This document shows, one piece after another, positions 12,445 through 23,020 of a stretch of 64,000 bases of DNA (position 1 is the first letter of the stretch; each line of letters opens with the position of its first letter). A program made the position numbers and the translations under genes. Below the pieces are notes generated by a model, which saw nothing but the letters and a program-made list of their open reading frames with translations, was not told the DNA's origin and ran no database searches. Origin of the DNA: Hydrolagus colliei (lineage: Eukaryota); assembly GCA_035084275.1 (NCBI GenBank), contig CM068757.1:3410001-3474000 (forward strand). The letters are read 5' to 3'.

Positions 12445-15400
12445 AGACCTCAACCCTGCAGAGTTTATCATCCAAGCCTTGAAATAGCAGTTACCAGTTG
12501 GGCTGCTCAGTTAAAAAAAAAACGCAACTGTTTCTCTTGTCTCCAGCGTGCTTCATTGCGGTGAGTCCTCAATCCAGCTTGTCCATGACCTACCTAGCGG
12601 CTTATAGTACTGTACCGTAACAATTGCTGTTTCATCCAAATCAGGTGTAGTTCTTCAAGCTCCCTCCTCCCTTCTCAAGAATGTAACCCCAGTCAGAAAC
12701 TGACCAGGCAGGCATCTTATATTAACATTTAAAATGCGATTGAATTTTAAATGTGAGTCAATAATACTTCCAGATGCACTAAAACTGCAGAACAACAAGG
12801 CACAGGTTTAGAGTTGCAAAGGGCAATTTCAGGACACCAAGGCAGGTTTGCTATACAGGGAGGGTAATTTATGAGTGGAACAGGTTGCAAGGAAGGGTAG
12901 TTGAGGACACTGGATTCATTTTTTTTCAAATGCTCATACTCAGATGGGGAGATGGTAGGGTGGGTGTTTTGGAGTGATGAGATTAAATGGTCTGAAAGCT
13001 CTTCTTCATCTAAACCAATCTTGTTTGTAATCTTGCGACCAGCCAGAAACAACTTCCTACCTGAATCCTCTCCGAAACATCATCGGATTTCTGGGAAACA
13101 TCCGTCTCCAAATGTGGCTGGACATCACACAGCTCCTACAGAAAGTGAACGGTAAAGAATTAATGAATACATTGAATTTCACATGGAATCTGACTAAGCC
13201 TGAAATTCCAGCCTTATAATGGAAGTTATAAGCGTCATCATTTTTTTTCCCGGAATTATATGATTGAGCATATTAACAGTGTCCTGATTAAATACTGAAC
13301 AGTGAACACAATAAACCAGCAGTGGTTATAACACCTACATAAAGTGTATCAAACTGGGTAAGAAACCAAGATCAAGATTCTCTAATCAATTTGCACTCAC
13401 GGTATATCCATCTGCCTCCTCCCTTTTGCGGTTTCAAATACTGACAGTAAGTCCTGACAGAAGGATTCCTGTATCAATGTGTTCTGATCCTATTGTGGAA
13501 CAGACCAAGAAAAATGCTTGGAAAAGTGAAACTGGATGAACAGTAGGTTGTATGTTATCACTGAACTCTGTAGTTATCCTCATCAAATTTAACCCAATCT
13601 TCATTCCGCCTTAGAAGAATTGATCAGATGCAGCTAAGGCATCTCTCAAAGTTAACACTATCAACTGTAACTGAGATACTTTATACTGCTGTTTATATTC
13701 ATTTACATTCTTAGTGCCTCGTATTTTACTGCGCCATTCTTTTATGGATTCTTTTTTCATACAGATATTGCTGTCATCCTGTTCTTTCCCTGAGCTGAAT
13801 AGTCTTGGGAGTGAAAGGAAATATGTACACAAAAGAGCCATGTTAAACAAGTGATTGCAAGGAGCAGACACGGAGGAAACAATAAACACATAGAGAGAGA
13901 GACTGGAAGGTTTGTTATACATGCTTCATTTAATACGATAGCAGCAATAACAAATCAATACAACTTATGAGAAGTGCATTTAATATGTTTGTATTTCACT
14001 TGCTAAATAATACTCAAGCGTTCATACTGGTGAAACGTTTGATTTTTTGTGACATGAGAATTCAAGACACGCTAGGGATCAGAAAAGGCTATTTGGTCAA
14101 TAAATCTTATCCTCCAGCTGTTTCATCATCTTATCTTGAAACAGCTTCCAACATTTTATCGCTAGTATTGCAAGAGATTTTTTTAGATTTATTCAGGGCC
14201 TTTCACATTGGGAGGATTATTAACCTGTATCAATCTGTTATTCCAAATATCTGAATAACCCTGAACAATGATGATTTTCTTCATATCTGTGTTTGAATTA
14301 TTTTTCAACCGACAATTTTACATTTAAAAAATGTTCTCAGTTATAGAAAGGAGGTCTGGAGAGAATAGACCTACTCCAGATCTCTCGCTGAGACTGGTAG
14401 TTCAACATCATACGGCCACATTCTAACACCTTTGTTCTCTGAAGGAGGATTTATCAAGTGTTCAGTGAATTTGGTCCGTAGTTCTTTCAGGACTGGTGTT
14501 ATATTCAGTAGATTTCCACCGGCCACAGTGTAATCAATAAATAAACTTTTCATTGGATTGAGATACATCGATAACAGTGTAGAGAGCAAAAATATTGACT
14601 CAAAGTCAAAAGATACCCTACTGTTTGTGCAATCATTTAATATGAAGCTGCAGATTTTACCTCTGGATAGTCCCTCTAAATTGCAACAACATATTGATTT
14701 AGGAGGTTTTAAACTCTCGGGTGCTGCTTTCCTCTTAAGCTTGCTGGCAACTAACACAAATAAGTATAAGCTGAGAAACTTCAGAGGAAGAGGCACAAAA
14801 TCACATCTGAATTCCTGCGGTTCATGAACTGAATGCAGCAATATCCCCACATTGAGTCAAACATTCGAAGTTCGGAAACAGCAGGCATTAAGAGTGATTT
14901 CAGAGTTCGGATGCCTGTCCTAAAACATGATTGTTTTTAAGGCTGTGATGTTATCCGCCTGCCCCAACAAGATTATTTTTGTTTAATAATCACTCCCAGT
15001 TATCCATCACTGAATGAAAGCATTCGACAATCTCAGACTTTTGACAAAGAAAAAATGAAACATTATTTGCTATTTTGTTTCTGATGAAATGGTGGGAGCA
15101 GGAATTGAAGAAACAAACCTAGAGAGAAGCGATCCTAATTCTCAGCAGCCACATGCCAATGTAGTACACCTGCTTTCATATCGATTGAAATATATTTATG
15201 CGGGTGACGAGTTGGAAGAGCAAAGTTTAATACAGTGCTGTTTTAGTTGTGGAGTCCGGTGGTCTTCTAAGCACATTTTATGCAACTTGGTTCAGAACAT
15301 CATCCAGGAATGGAAATGAATATCGATTGAAATGAGACGGTGAGTAAATTCTTTGCAACGTTTGTAGTCTCACAATGGCAGCCAATTGGAACAATGCGAA

Positions 15401-15881
15401 CTTGCCATGAGGATGCAGTCCCACCAATCTGCAGGCCTGTCGATTAAATAAAACTCCTAATGTCAAACTTTCATTTCTAGAGAGAGAATGCATGACAATT
15501 GTGAGCGTCAAGCGAGCGGTACAGAGTTTAATACTGGCTTGCACTGGAGGCGAGCTGACAAACATTAATACCGACAGACTTATTTGTTCATGCACGCAGC
15601 AGTGCATTGCCCTACATTGCCCTGCCTGAGCAAATCACTGCAATCGTTGTGTATATTTGAGAGAGAAATCTGGGTGCAATATTATTAGCAGATGAGACCT
15701 TGTGCGTTTACCTCTCACTCAACGCCATCAAAGAGAGGGCATTGCTCTCTTGTGTTTGTGCAGGTCTATACTGTACAGGTACAGAGTGCCAGTGGTAATG
15801 GCATTTTATCGTTTCGGTGTTTAGTTTTGATTTGAGGCTCCTGTTTACAACAAGCAGCATCTCAAAAACTCCTCAGAGCAA

Positions 15882-15990
15882 ATACAACATCGGGAAATAC
15901 TTGCATTTATATAGTGCATTTCGCACGGTATGGAGTGCTTTGCAGTGATGGGGTTTGACCCACGTAAGGGAGAAAGCAGAGGGGGAGGGC
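15882..15990 (-). mobile_element. L2-type 3' end remnant (twin 43621..43729)
   Basis: acttgcatttatatagtgcatttc...agtgctttgcag followed by a G-rich tract. Confidence 0.6.
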
Positions 15991-16240
15991 AAGTAATCAC
16001 AGCACAAAGTGGTGAATTTGACGGTGTAATTTAAAGACAGATTGAAAGGGGACAAGAGAGGAATTCATGATCGGAAATGATTAGCGCTGAAAGATCGATA
16101 GAAACACTCAAAAGGAAAACTGGACAATTATCTGAGTGATAAAACCATTGAGGGAGATGGTGACAGAGACTGAAACATAGGGTTAATAATAAGTATCTCA
16201 TTTGTAGGGGAGATTTCTGCTCACTGTCCACTGGGCATGT

Positions 16241-16480
16241 GATAATAATAATAATCCTTGCATTTGATATAGTGCTTTTCACGCCTTCTAGACGTCTCAA
16301 AGTGCTTCAAGAATATACCGTAAAGTGAATTGACTGTATATTTTTGGGCGAAACGCGGCAACCAATCATAATAATCCTTGCATTTGATTTAGCACCTTAT
16401 CGTGTCTTCCCGGTGTCTCAAAGGGCTTCACGGAAAATGTTGCAAAGTGAGGTGGACCGTATACTTTGGAGGGCGAAATG
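16241..16480 (-). mobile_element. Two tandem SINE 3' fragments, 16241..16366 and 16367..16480 (twin 43980..44219)
   Basis: Each begins ataataatccttgcatttgat and runs to gggcgaaa. The second is more diverged. Confidence 0.92.
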
Positions 16481-16961
16481 AAAAACAAAACATAACCTCA
16501 CTTAGGGAATTCACTTACAGGGAAAGTGGATTCATTCATTTCCTGAAGACCAGCAAGATTGTTTGAGTAGGAACTTGGCCTGACAACCGGATCACACTTT
16601 TACATAATGCGATAATACCGTGAGTGGCTTTAAATTGACTTAGTACAGGATCATACATAGGTTAGAGTGGTGAAAGGCACTGGCTGTTTTTTTTTACATT
16701 GCCTGCCTGCCGTGGCTTGATTTCAGGTTTTAATTGCCAGTCTCCTGGAACATCTATTATGCCCGTTGAACCTATTCGAGAGTCAGGTTACATTCACCTG
16801 CTGGAATCATCTCTTTCAGAGTTACTCAGAGCAAGGTTGAAAGGGAAAATGTAGTTGGTGTTGAATGCTTGGGATGCAATGATTACAAGGAACTTTTCTA
16901 CTTGATTGCTTTGCCACGCTGTCAGCATTTGAAATGTCTTGAATATATTGTGAAGTGTACA

Positions 16962-17165
16962 TATTGTGGTGGACAAATTGGCTGCTGCGTTTGCGCACAA
17001 CACTCACATTCAATTACTGTATTTTGGGATGTTGCTGTGCTATAAACAATGCATAAATTGACTGTCGCATTCGCCTATAAATATGCGGTTACTCCACGGG
17101 ATAGCAATTGCCTGTGAAGCACTTTTTGATATATTACCATTATATAACATGCAAAGATTTATTAC
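16962..17165 (+). mobile_element. Degraded Deu-domain SINE fragments (twin 44701..44904)
   Basis: caaattggctgctgcgtttg, then tgggatgttgctgtgc...aaattgactgtcgcattcgcctat, then ctgtgaagcactttttga...atgcaaagatttatta. Confidence 0.65.
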
Positions 17166-17639
17166 AAACAGAAATAGAGAGCAGCGCCTTGACACTGACC
17201 CTACACTTCGACACTATGTTCTTCTGAGGTTTTGCAAGTTAAATATTGGCACATGTTAATGTTGTCAAATAGCTGAAGGCTCTTGGTTAAGCTAATGTTT
17301 TCAGTAAGTCTAATCAGTGTAAACTGATCTGCCACTTAACCACTGCGGCAACATTATATGCAAAGATAGCAACGCTATATACAGTATAGCGGGTGAGTAT
17401 TGATATCTGCATTTCTGTTTGTTCAACAAAATAAATCATTAAAACAGTGATCTACTCAGTGTGCTTATTCAGTCAGGATCTGATCCATGCAAGTGGAAAA
17501 GTTGATGCTGTGAGTGATATCAGCCAGGACAATATTATTGGTCCAAACATCTGGGCTTGATACTGGCAAAACACAGCCTGGCTTCTTGCTCCAGATCACA
17601 ATTCACTGACCTCCAGTTGAGATGTGTTGGGGATTAGGA

Positions 17640-17770
17640 AAACAACAACAAAATTACACTTATATAGCACCTTTCACGTGAGGAGGTTGTCCCAAGGCAC
17701 TGGACAGTCACTTTCCAGACCCGAGCTGGGGAGATGGTGGGGGGGTGGGAGGGAAGGGGGGGGATTAGGA
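17640..17770 (-). mobile_element. L2 LINE 3' UTR with a (TTG)n tail (twin 45379..45509)
   Basis: The reverse complement reads C-rich tract, tccccagctcgg, tgactgtccagtgccttgggaca, gtgaaaggtgctatata, ttttgttgttgtt. It aligns with 55950..56048 and 57180..57301. Confidence 0.8.
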
Positions 17771-18769
17771 GTTGCCGATGGGTCCATTGAGGAGGAGAGA
17801 CAGGATGAGCCGTTAGAACTTCTGCAGTTGAATCGTCAACTGAACTAAATTGTCACGTATTAAGAGAAGACAATGTGGCAAGTTACCAGATTCTCCGTGT
17901 CAGTTCCCACTGAAAAGGAATCAAAAGCCTTTAGGGGAGAAGTAAATATGAAGTAATGTATTCCCTTGCTCGATTAACTTGGTTGAGTTGTCTTCAAAAC
18001 CACCCTTTTATGGGGTGGCCAAACAGCAGAGGACCTCTCACGCGCCCATCACCATAAATTAACTCCCTGGGTTAGTCCTGGAGTCTGATCTGGACACCCC
18101 CTGTTAAAAGTTTGTTGATTATAACCACCCTTTGTTAAATAACCAACTACTGTACAAGCAGGTAATCTGAGTGTTGGGAGACAAAGGTTGTCAAAGTGTC
18201 ACCTGTGATTCAATTAAACCATCATTAGGAAGACAGTAGCCTGGTGACCCGAATGCAATACAGTAAAACAATTCCCAATGACTTGACAACAGGTATCCTG
18301 GGGGTATCATAATCTGCTATGATCCCGCTTCAAACAGCGGGAAGGGTATATACGAGGTTTCAGACATCAGAAACAGTCTTTAGTGGGGAGGTGAATGGCA
18401 ACTAATCATTGCGAAATAAAGCTTAGAGCTAAGGAAGAATGATTTTTCTCAGGCAGGATTTTGGTGTAAAATGCTGGTTTTTCGTAAAGGTGCTAATGCT
18501 AACTTCAGGATCGGTAGCTGCATCCATGAATCAGCAAACCCTGGATATATATATATGTATTTTGAAAAGAAGTCTTACCTATGTTGTGAATTGGAAGAGG
18601 TCAATAGCTGCGTGAGTTAAGGCATTGGGGGAGGAATGGAATGGAACCAGTGAAATGTGAATTGAAAGGCAGGGTTCAGTGCTAGACGGTATGGGAATCT
18701 GATCAGAGTAAGTTCAGCTATTTTACTAGCTACTGTTACCAAATGGCCTTCTTCCACACTTTTCTACAT

Positions 18770-19190
18770 CAATTATAATTATTTTTGTGTTTGATGTACC
18801 TCCTCTAACATTGAACCATCCCAAAGCACAGGCAATAGCTGTCAATTTTAGTGACCTGGTCATCAATCACAGCAGTCAATTTGCGCAAATGATTGTCCCA
18901 CAAACACTTGGGAGGGGAATGATCTATTCAGCTGGAGGATTGTAGGCCAGGATACTGGGAGAAATTCCCTTCTGTTTTTAGTCCAATGGGATATATAACA
19001 GCCAACCAAACAGGTAGATGGGACCCTGTTTGTTATTGTCTAATCCAAAAATGGCATGTCCAATAATGAAGAAATCTCCCAGTTCTTCAGTGCAGTTTCA
19101 TCTTAGACCACGAGTCCATAGCACTCATGTGGGGCATGAACCCACAAATTATGACCTAGAAGCGAGGGTGCCATGTACCGAGCAAGGCTA
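18770..19190 (-). mobile_element. Near full-length ancient DeuSINE resembling SacSINE1/AmnSINE (twin 46509..46929)
   Basis: In order: tail, Deu core (cagcagtcaatttgcgca...tcccacaaaca), ggccaggatactgggagaaattccct, atgggat...atgggaccctgttt...atccaaaaatggca, then the reversed tRNA-like head gtggggcatgaacccacaa...gaagcgagggtgc. Family assignment is from recalled consensus. Confidence 0.75.
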
Positions 19191-19612
19191 TTGATGAACG
19201 TAGTTCTATTCCACATCATACCGCTCACTCATGTATGTATATACACACTGCAAACAGAATAAACTATTGATTTAAAACATAATCCACTAACATGGCATTT
19301 TATTTACAAGCAAAGGCTATGCCAGTTCTTGTACAAATGAAAAACATTTATTGCATTAAAAAGGTCTGTAATAGAATTCACATGGATCATTGAAATAACA
19401 GTACTCAGTGTTGCTTAACTGATATTTTGTAAAATCACTGCCAGCTAACGCAATATTGTTGGATCTGTTAAAATTATAACCACCTTATGATGTGTATTAT
19501 GGAAAAGGGTGATGGTCAGTTGCATTTACGCATGACAGATATCTGGATAAATATTTAAAGCCCCATTGCTGAAGATTTACAGCCTGTAACTGAGATAACA
19601 GTTCTAAGGGTA

Positions 19613-19929
19613 GGAGTCCTGTAGCTCAGTGGTTAGAGTACTTGCCTTGCAAGCGAGAGACCTTCAATTCCAGGCAGCTCGGGGCGAAATCTTGGGCAAG
19701 TTTCCTTACTCCACATACATGCCTGATAATAATCCCTCAAGAAATAAACAATAATAAATTGGTCATTTTAATCCAGAACTGATTGTGGGACACTGCTGTG
19801 CGCAATTGGCTGCCACATTTCACCCACAAATATACAGTCAAATCACTTTACAGTATATTCTGTGAAGTGATTTGAGACGTCTAAAAGACGTGAAAAGTGC
19901 TATATCAAATACAAGGATTATTATTGTTA
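19613..19929 (+). mobile_element. Full-length tRNA-derived SINE with a Deu core and L2-like tail (twin 47352..47668)
   Basis: Head ggagtcctgtagctcagtggttagag (A box) with a degenerate B box. Core tgtgggacactgctgtgcgcaattggctgccacatttc. Tail tttgagacgtct...gtgaaaagtgctatatcaaatacaaggattattatt. Confidence 0.93.
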
Positions 19930-20889
19930 TGAAGAGTAATGAGTTCAACGCTTATCAACATCTAGCTTTCCAGAGTTAATTCAACTCTCATGTTCAGGCC
20001 ACCATACGTCAGTAGTCAAGAATACATGTCTTTTTAATGTGTAACACAATATATTTTTTCATCCCCGATATACATTACTAATAGGTCTATATTTGTCAAC
20101 AAATTGGTACTGGCGGAAAGGGGAGAAGGCCGTCTGCAATTCAGTGAAACCCTGGAGAAGATCAGACTTGTGGATGCAATACCGCGAGCGATTTGATTTC
20201 CCAACTGTTTCCTCACAAGGATGTAATCTCATCAACTCATCGGTACATTTCATGGATAGAATTTGCGGATTAAAATCGTCACTGTACTCAGTAGGTTAGA
20301 AAAGTTAAATACTAGTTTCTTAAAATACGCCTGCTCACTGTCTTTCTCATAATTTTGTGACAAGTCAAATAATGATACACAAACAGAGAGGAAATCTGCA
20401 TCTGTACTCAAGCATTACATCTGCACCTTTTCATAGTTGGTATGTTGCCAAGTTAAAAACACATTTAGTTTTAGTGTTGTGCCAGGAGCTATAATTACAT
20501 TAGAGGATCTGATGTCCAAAGACGGAATGTAGTAAGCCCTTGGGTTTGTGCTTCGGATAAGAAGCACATTGTAACGTGAATACTCTCACACCTTGTTGAG
20601 CATTTATTGTAGTCTTTAGTACAAAAGAGCCTACTCACTGACCCATCTCTTCATTAGATCGGCGAGTGACAACGTGTAGTTATATATCTTGCGTTAAATT
20701 TCAGACTCAACTTTTCTCCTATTTGTAAATTTTCAGAGCTTTGGTTACTTCGGGTGACTTCTCTGTACAAATTGATATTCTAACTAATAATGGTAGCAGA
20801 ACATCTTACCAATTGTACATATCATGGTATTTATCGAGTGAGGATCAAACTAGCTGTTGTGGCTTTGGCTTCAATGTGTCTCATTGACG

Positions 20890-21063
20890 ATAATAATATA
20901 AATTCTTGCATTTGATATAGAGCCTTATTACGTCTCCGTCTCAAAGCGTTTCACACAATACCCTTTAAAGTGAAATGACTATATTTTGTGGGCAAAACAC
21001 AGTAGCCAATTGCGCACAGATTGTCCCACAAACAGTCGTGGGTGACCAATTTATTATTATTAT
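20890..21063 (-). mobile_element. SINE 3' half including the Deu core (twin 48630..48803)
   Basis: ttcttgcatttgatatagagcc...agccaattgcgcacagattgtcccacaaacagtcgtgg. Confidence 0.9.
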
Positions 21064-21944
21064 GAGCTAAAGAGGAAAGCAGGTTGTCAACAGTACCTTT
21101 GGATTACTCAAGACCCATCCTGCTCTGCTAAATGTATCTCCTTGGAATCAGCTTAAACCCCTGAGACACTCCAGTCACAGTGTTTCCCACGGTGATCTGA
21201 GTGAGTGGTCTGTAGAGAACAGCTGCCCTATTTCCAAAAATATTTGACCAATACATTTTAAAATGTATTCATTGGACTCTTAAATTTTCCTTGGAGCTTG
21301 GGACACATTTCCAGGGTGGCTTGGTAGCTCCTAATCATTATGCCTTGGAAGAAGTGAATTTTGAATGTAAAAGTTTGTTCGGCTTACTCTCATACAATCA
21401 ATGTCCAGTAAACATGTCCAGAAGATGCTCTTCCCGTCTGATCTCTGGCTCTGCCAAGCATTTCGCCTGACATCGTAAAAGCAACTTTGAGAGGTCTGAT
21501 TAAATGACAAGGAAGGGAATGAGAAATTGGATTTCAAATATATTTATAGCTAAAGCGCATGCAGTAAACGCTCACAGATACCGCTTAATTGCAAATGGAG
21601 CAATGCAAATCAATCCCGTAATTTATTGCCAAGACGTGCAACAAAAATCTAATAGTCATAACAGTTACCTGCCCAAATCACTCCCTTTACTTATGATAAT
21701 AAATGCTCACGAATATAAACTCACGGGCAATGTATCGTTAATAGTGAAACTTACAAAATGATGATAAGAAGAGATGGTCAGCCACATTTCACAGGAAACA
21801 ATCTCATTCTTTGATCCCTGCTTTCCAGAACACCAAACCTCAATTGGTATCTCTGAGTCAGAATTTCTCTGATTGGCAAACAATCCATCAGATAAAATAA
21901 ATTATTCACTCCATGGCTGTGTCACTTCATGGATTAAATATTGT

Positions 21945-22125
21945 ATCCCATCTTCTCATTACAGCATTAATCATTTTAAAGATGTCCATTGACCCTGCCT
22001 CTACCAACCTACCTGATAACTTATTCCACCCATCCTGACTTTAATGTAAAGAGATGCTTTTAGATGACTTTCCTGACATACCTTGATTGCTTCAAAAATG
22101 TGGCCTCTTGTCCTGCTGTCTAGCA
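21945..22125 (-). mobile_element. Old CR1-type LINE fragment from the ORF2 C-terminal region (twin 49685..49865)
   Basis: ctgcctctaccaacctacctgataacttattccac...aaatgtggcctcttgtcctg resembles the antisense of the CR1 RGH...WN-LP region; heavily decayed. Confidence 0.55.
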
Positions 22126-22351
22126 TAGCTCAACGTTATACAGCTCTGGATTTACTTTGTCTATTAAGATGGACCCAAATTGAATCCAACGCTTGTAAAT
22201 CCCAAACTTTCCTGAATTCTAGCATTTGTGCACCTAGAATAATTGGAAGCAATTTTGGGACCCAGCACAGGTCAAATCCACAGCTGTTTTACATTCTGTT
22301 GTATTATTCATTTCGGTGACGATTCAGATTGAAAATGAAGGAGACTGCGTG

Positions 22352-22551
22352 NNNNNNNNNNNNNNNNNNNNNNNNNNNNNNNNNNNNNNNNNNNNNNNNN
22401 NNNNNNNNNNNNNNNNNNNNNNNNNNNNNNNNNNNNNNNNNNNNNNNNNNNNNNNNNNNNNNNNNNNNNNNNNNNNNNNNNNNNNNNNNNNNNNNNNNNN
22501 NNNNNNNNNNNNNNNNNNNNNNNNNNNNNNNNNNNNNNNNNNNNNNNNNNN
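22352..22551. other. Assembly gap of exactly 200 N
   Basis: Run of 200 N. A round fixed size is typical of a scaffolding join of unknown length. Confidence 0.99.
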
Positions 22552-22904
22552 AATCCAAGTTGTTGTTGTAAATGTCATAATCTAATCTTATAAGTACTTT
22601 AGTAGTTATGTTTCCATATGTAAATTTGAGGAAGATATTTTGCTTGCCTATAAATGCAGTGACTTAGTGGACACTTAAAATAGGAAATTCTTTATTAAAT
22701 GCACATCGTCAAAGTCAATGCAGTTAGCACCAAAACAAAAGAGATGTAAGAGTGTACAACTCTGTTTTTCCTTTTTTTTAACTTTACGGGTCACTTGAAC
22801 ACAATGGTCTTTTCCAGTCCTGCACAATCCTATGTTCTTAGTTTGCATAGCAACTTTTTACAATGGAAATATTTTAAACATATTTCAACATGATAGCTGC
22901 ACTT

Positions 22905-23020
22905 AAAGGAAATATTCCTGTGAGGGTTATGCTTAAGGCACTTGGCGATGTCAGCCACTGATGGAATTTCCCATTAAAATCATGCATCGCCAAAGTAACA
23001 TTCACTGGAATTTCTACCCA
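22905..23020. mobile_element. Imperfect palindrome resembling a MITE
   Basis: Outer arms attcctgtgagggtta / taacattcactggaat and inner arms ttggcgatg / catcgccaa flank ggaatttcccattaaaatc. Confidence 0.45.

Larger units (their letters stand above)
1..22351 (+). repeat. Copy A of a >=22.35-kb near-identical direct duplication, probably a haplotypic or assembly duplicate
   Basis: Position 1 (caacttagatggg) matches 27740, and 22351 (...gagactgcgtg) matches 50091. ORF translations recur at offset 27739, shifting to 27740 after a 1-bp T indel near 20052-20059. Confidence 0.98.

Noticed and set aside
17728-17770. G-quadruplex-like tract; similar tracts at 116..165 and 54099..54126
   Set aside because: The first is the L2 3' UTR. 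The others are simple low-complexity runs with no further support.
19613-19690. tRNA gene-like sequence, also at 26615 and 60966
   Set aside because: These are SINE heads with no complete cloverleaf, and each is followed by the SINE body.
20034-20299. Three overlapping short ORFs on both strands
   Set aside because: No motif, and no single frame is favoured.
22304-22585. ORFs made of X residues
   Set aside because: Artefacts of translating the N gap.
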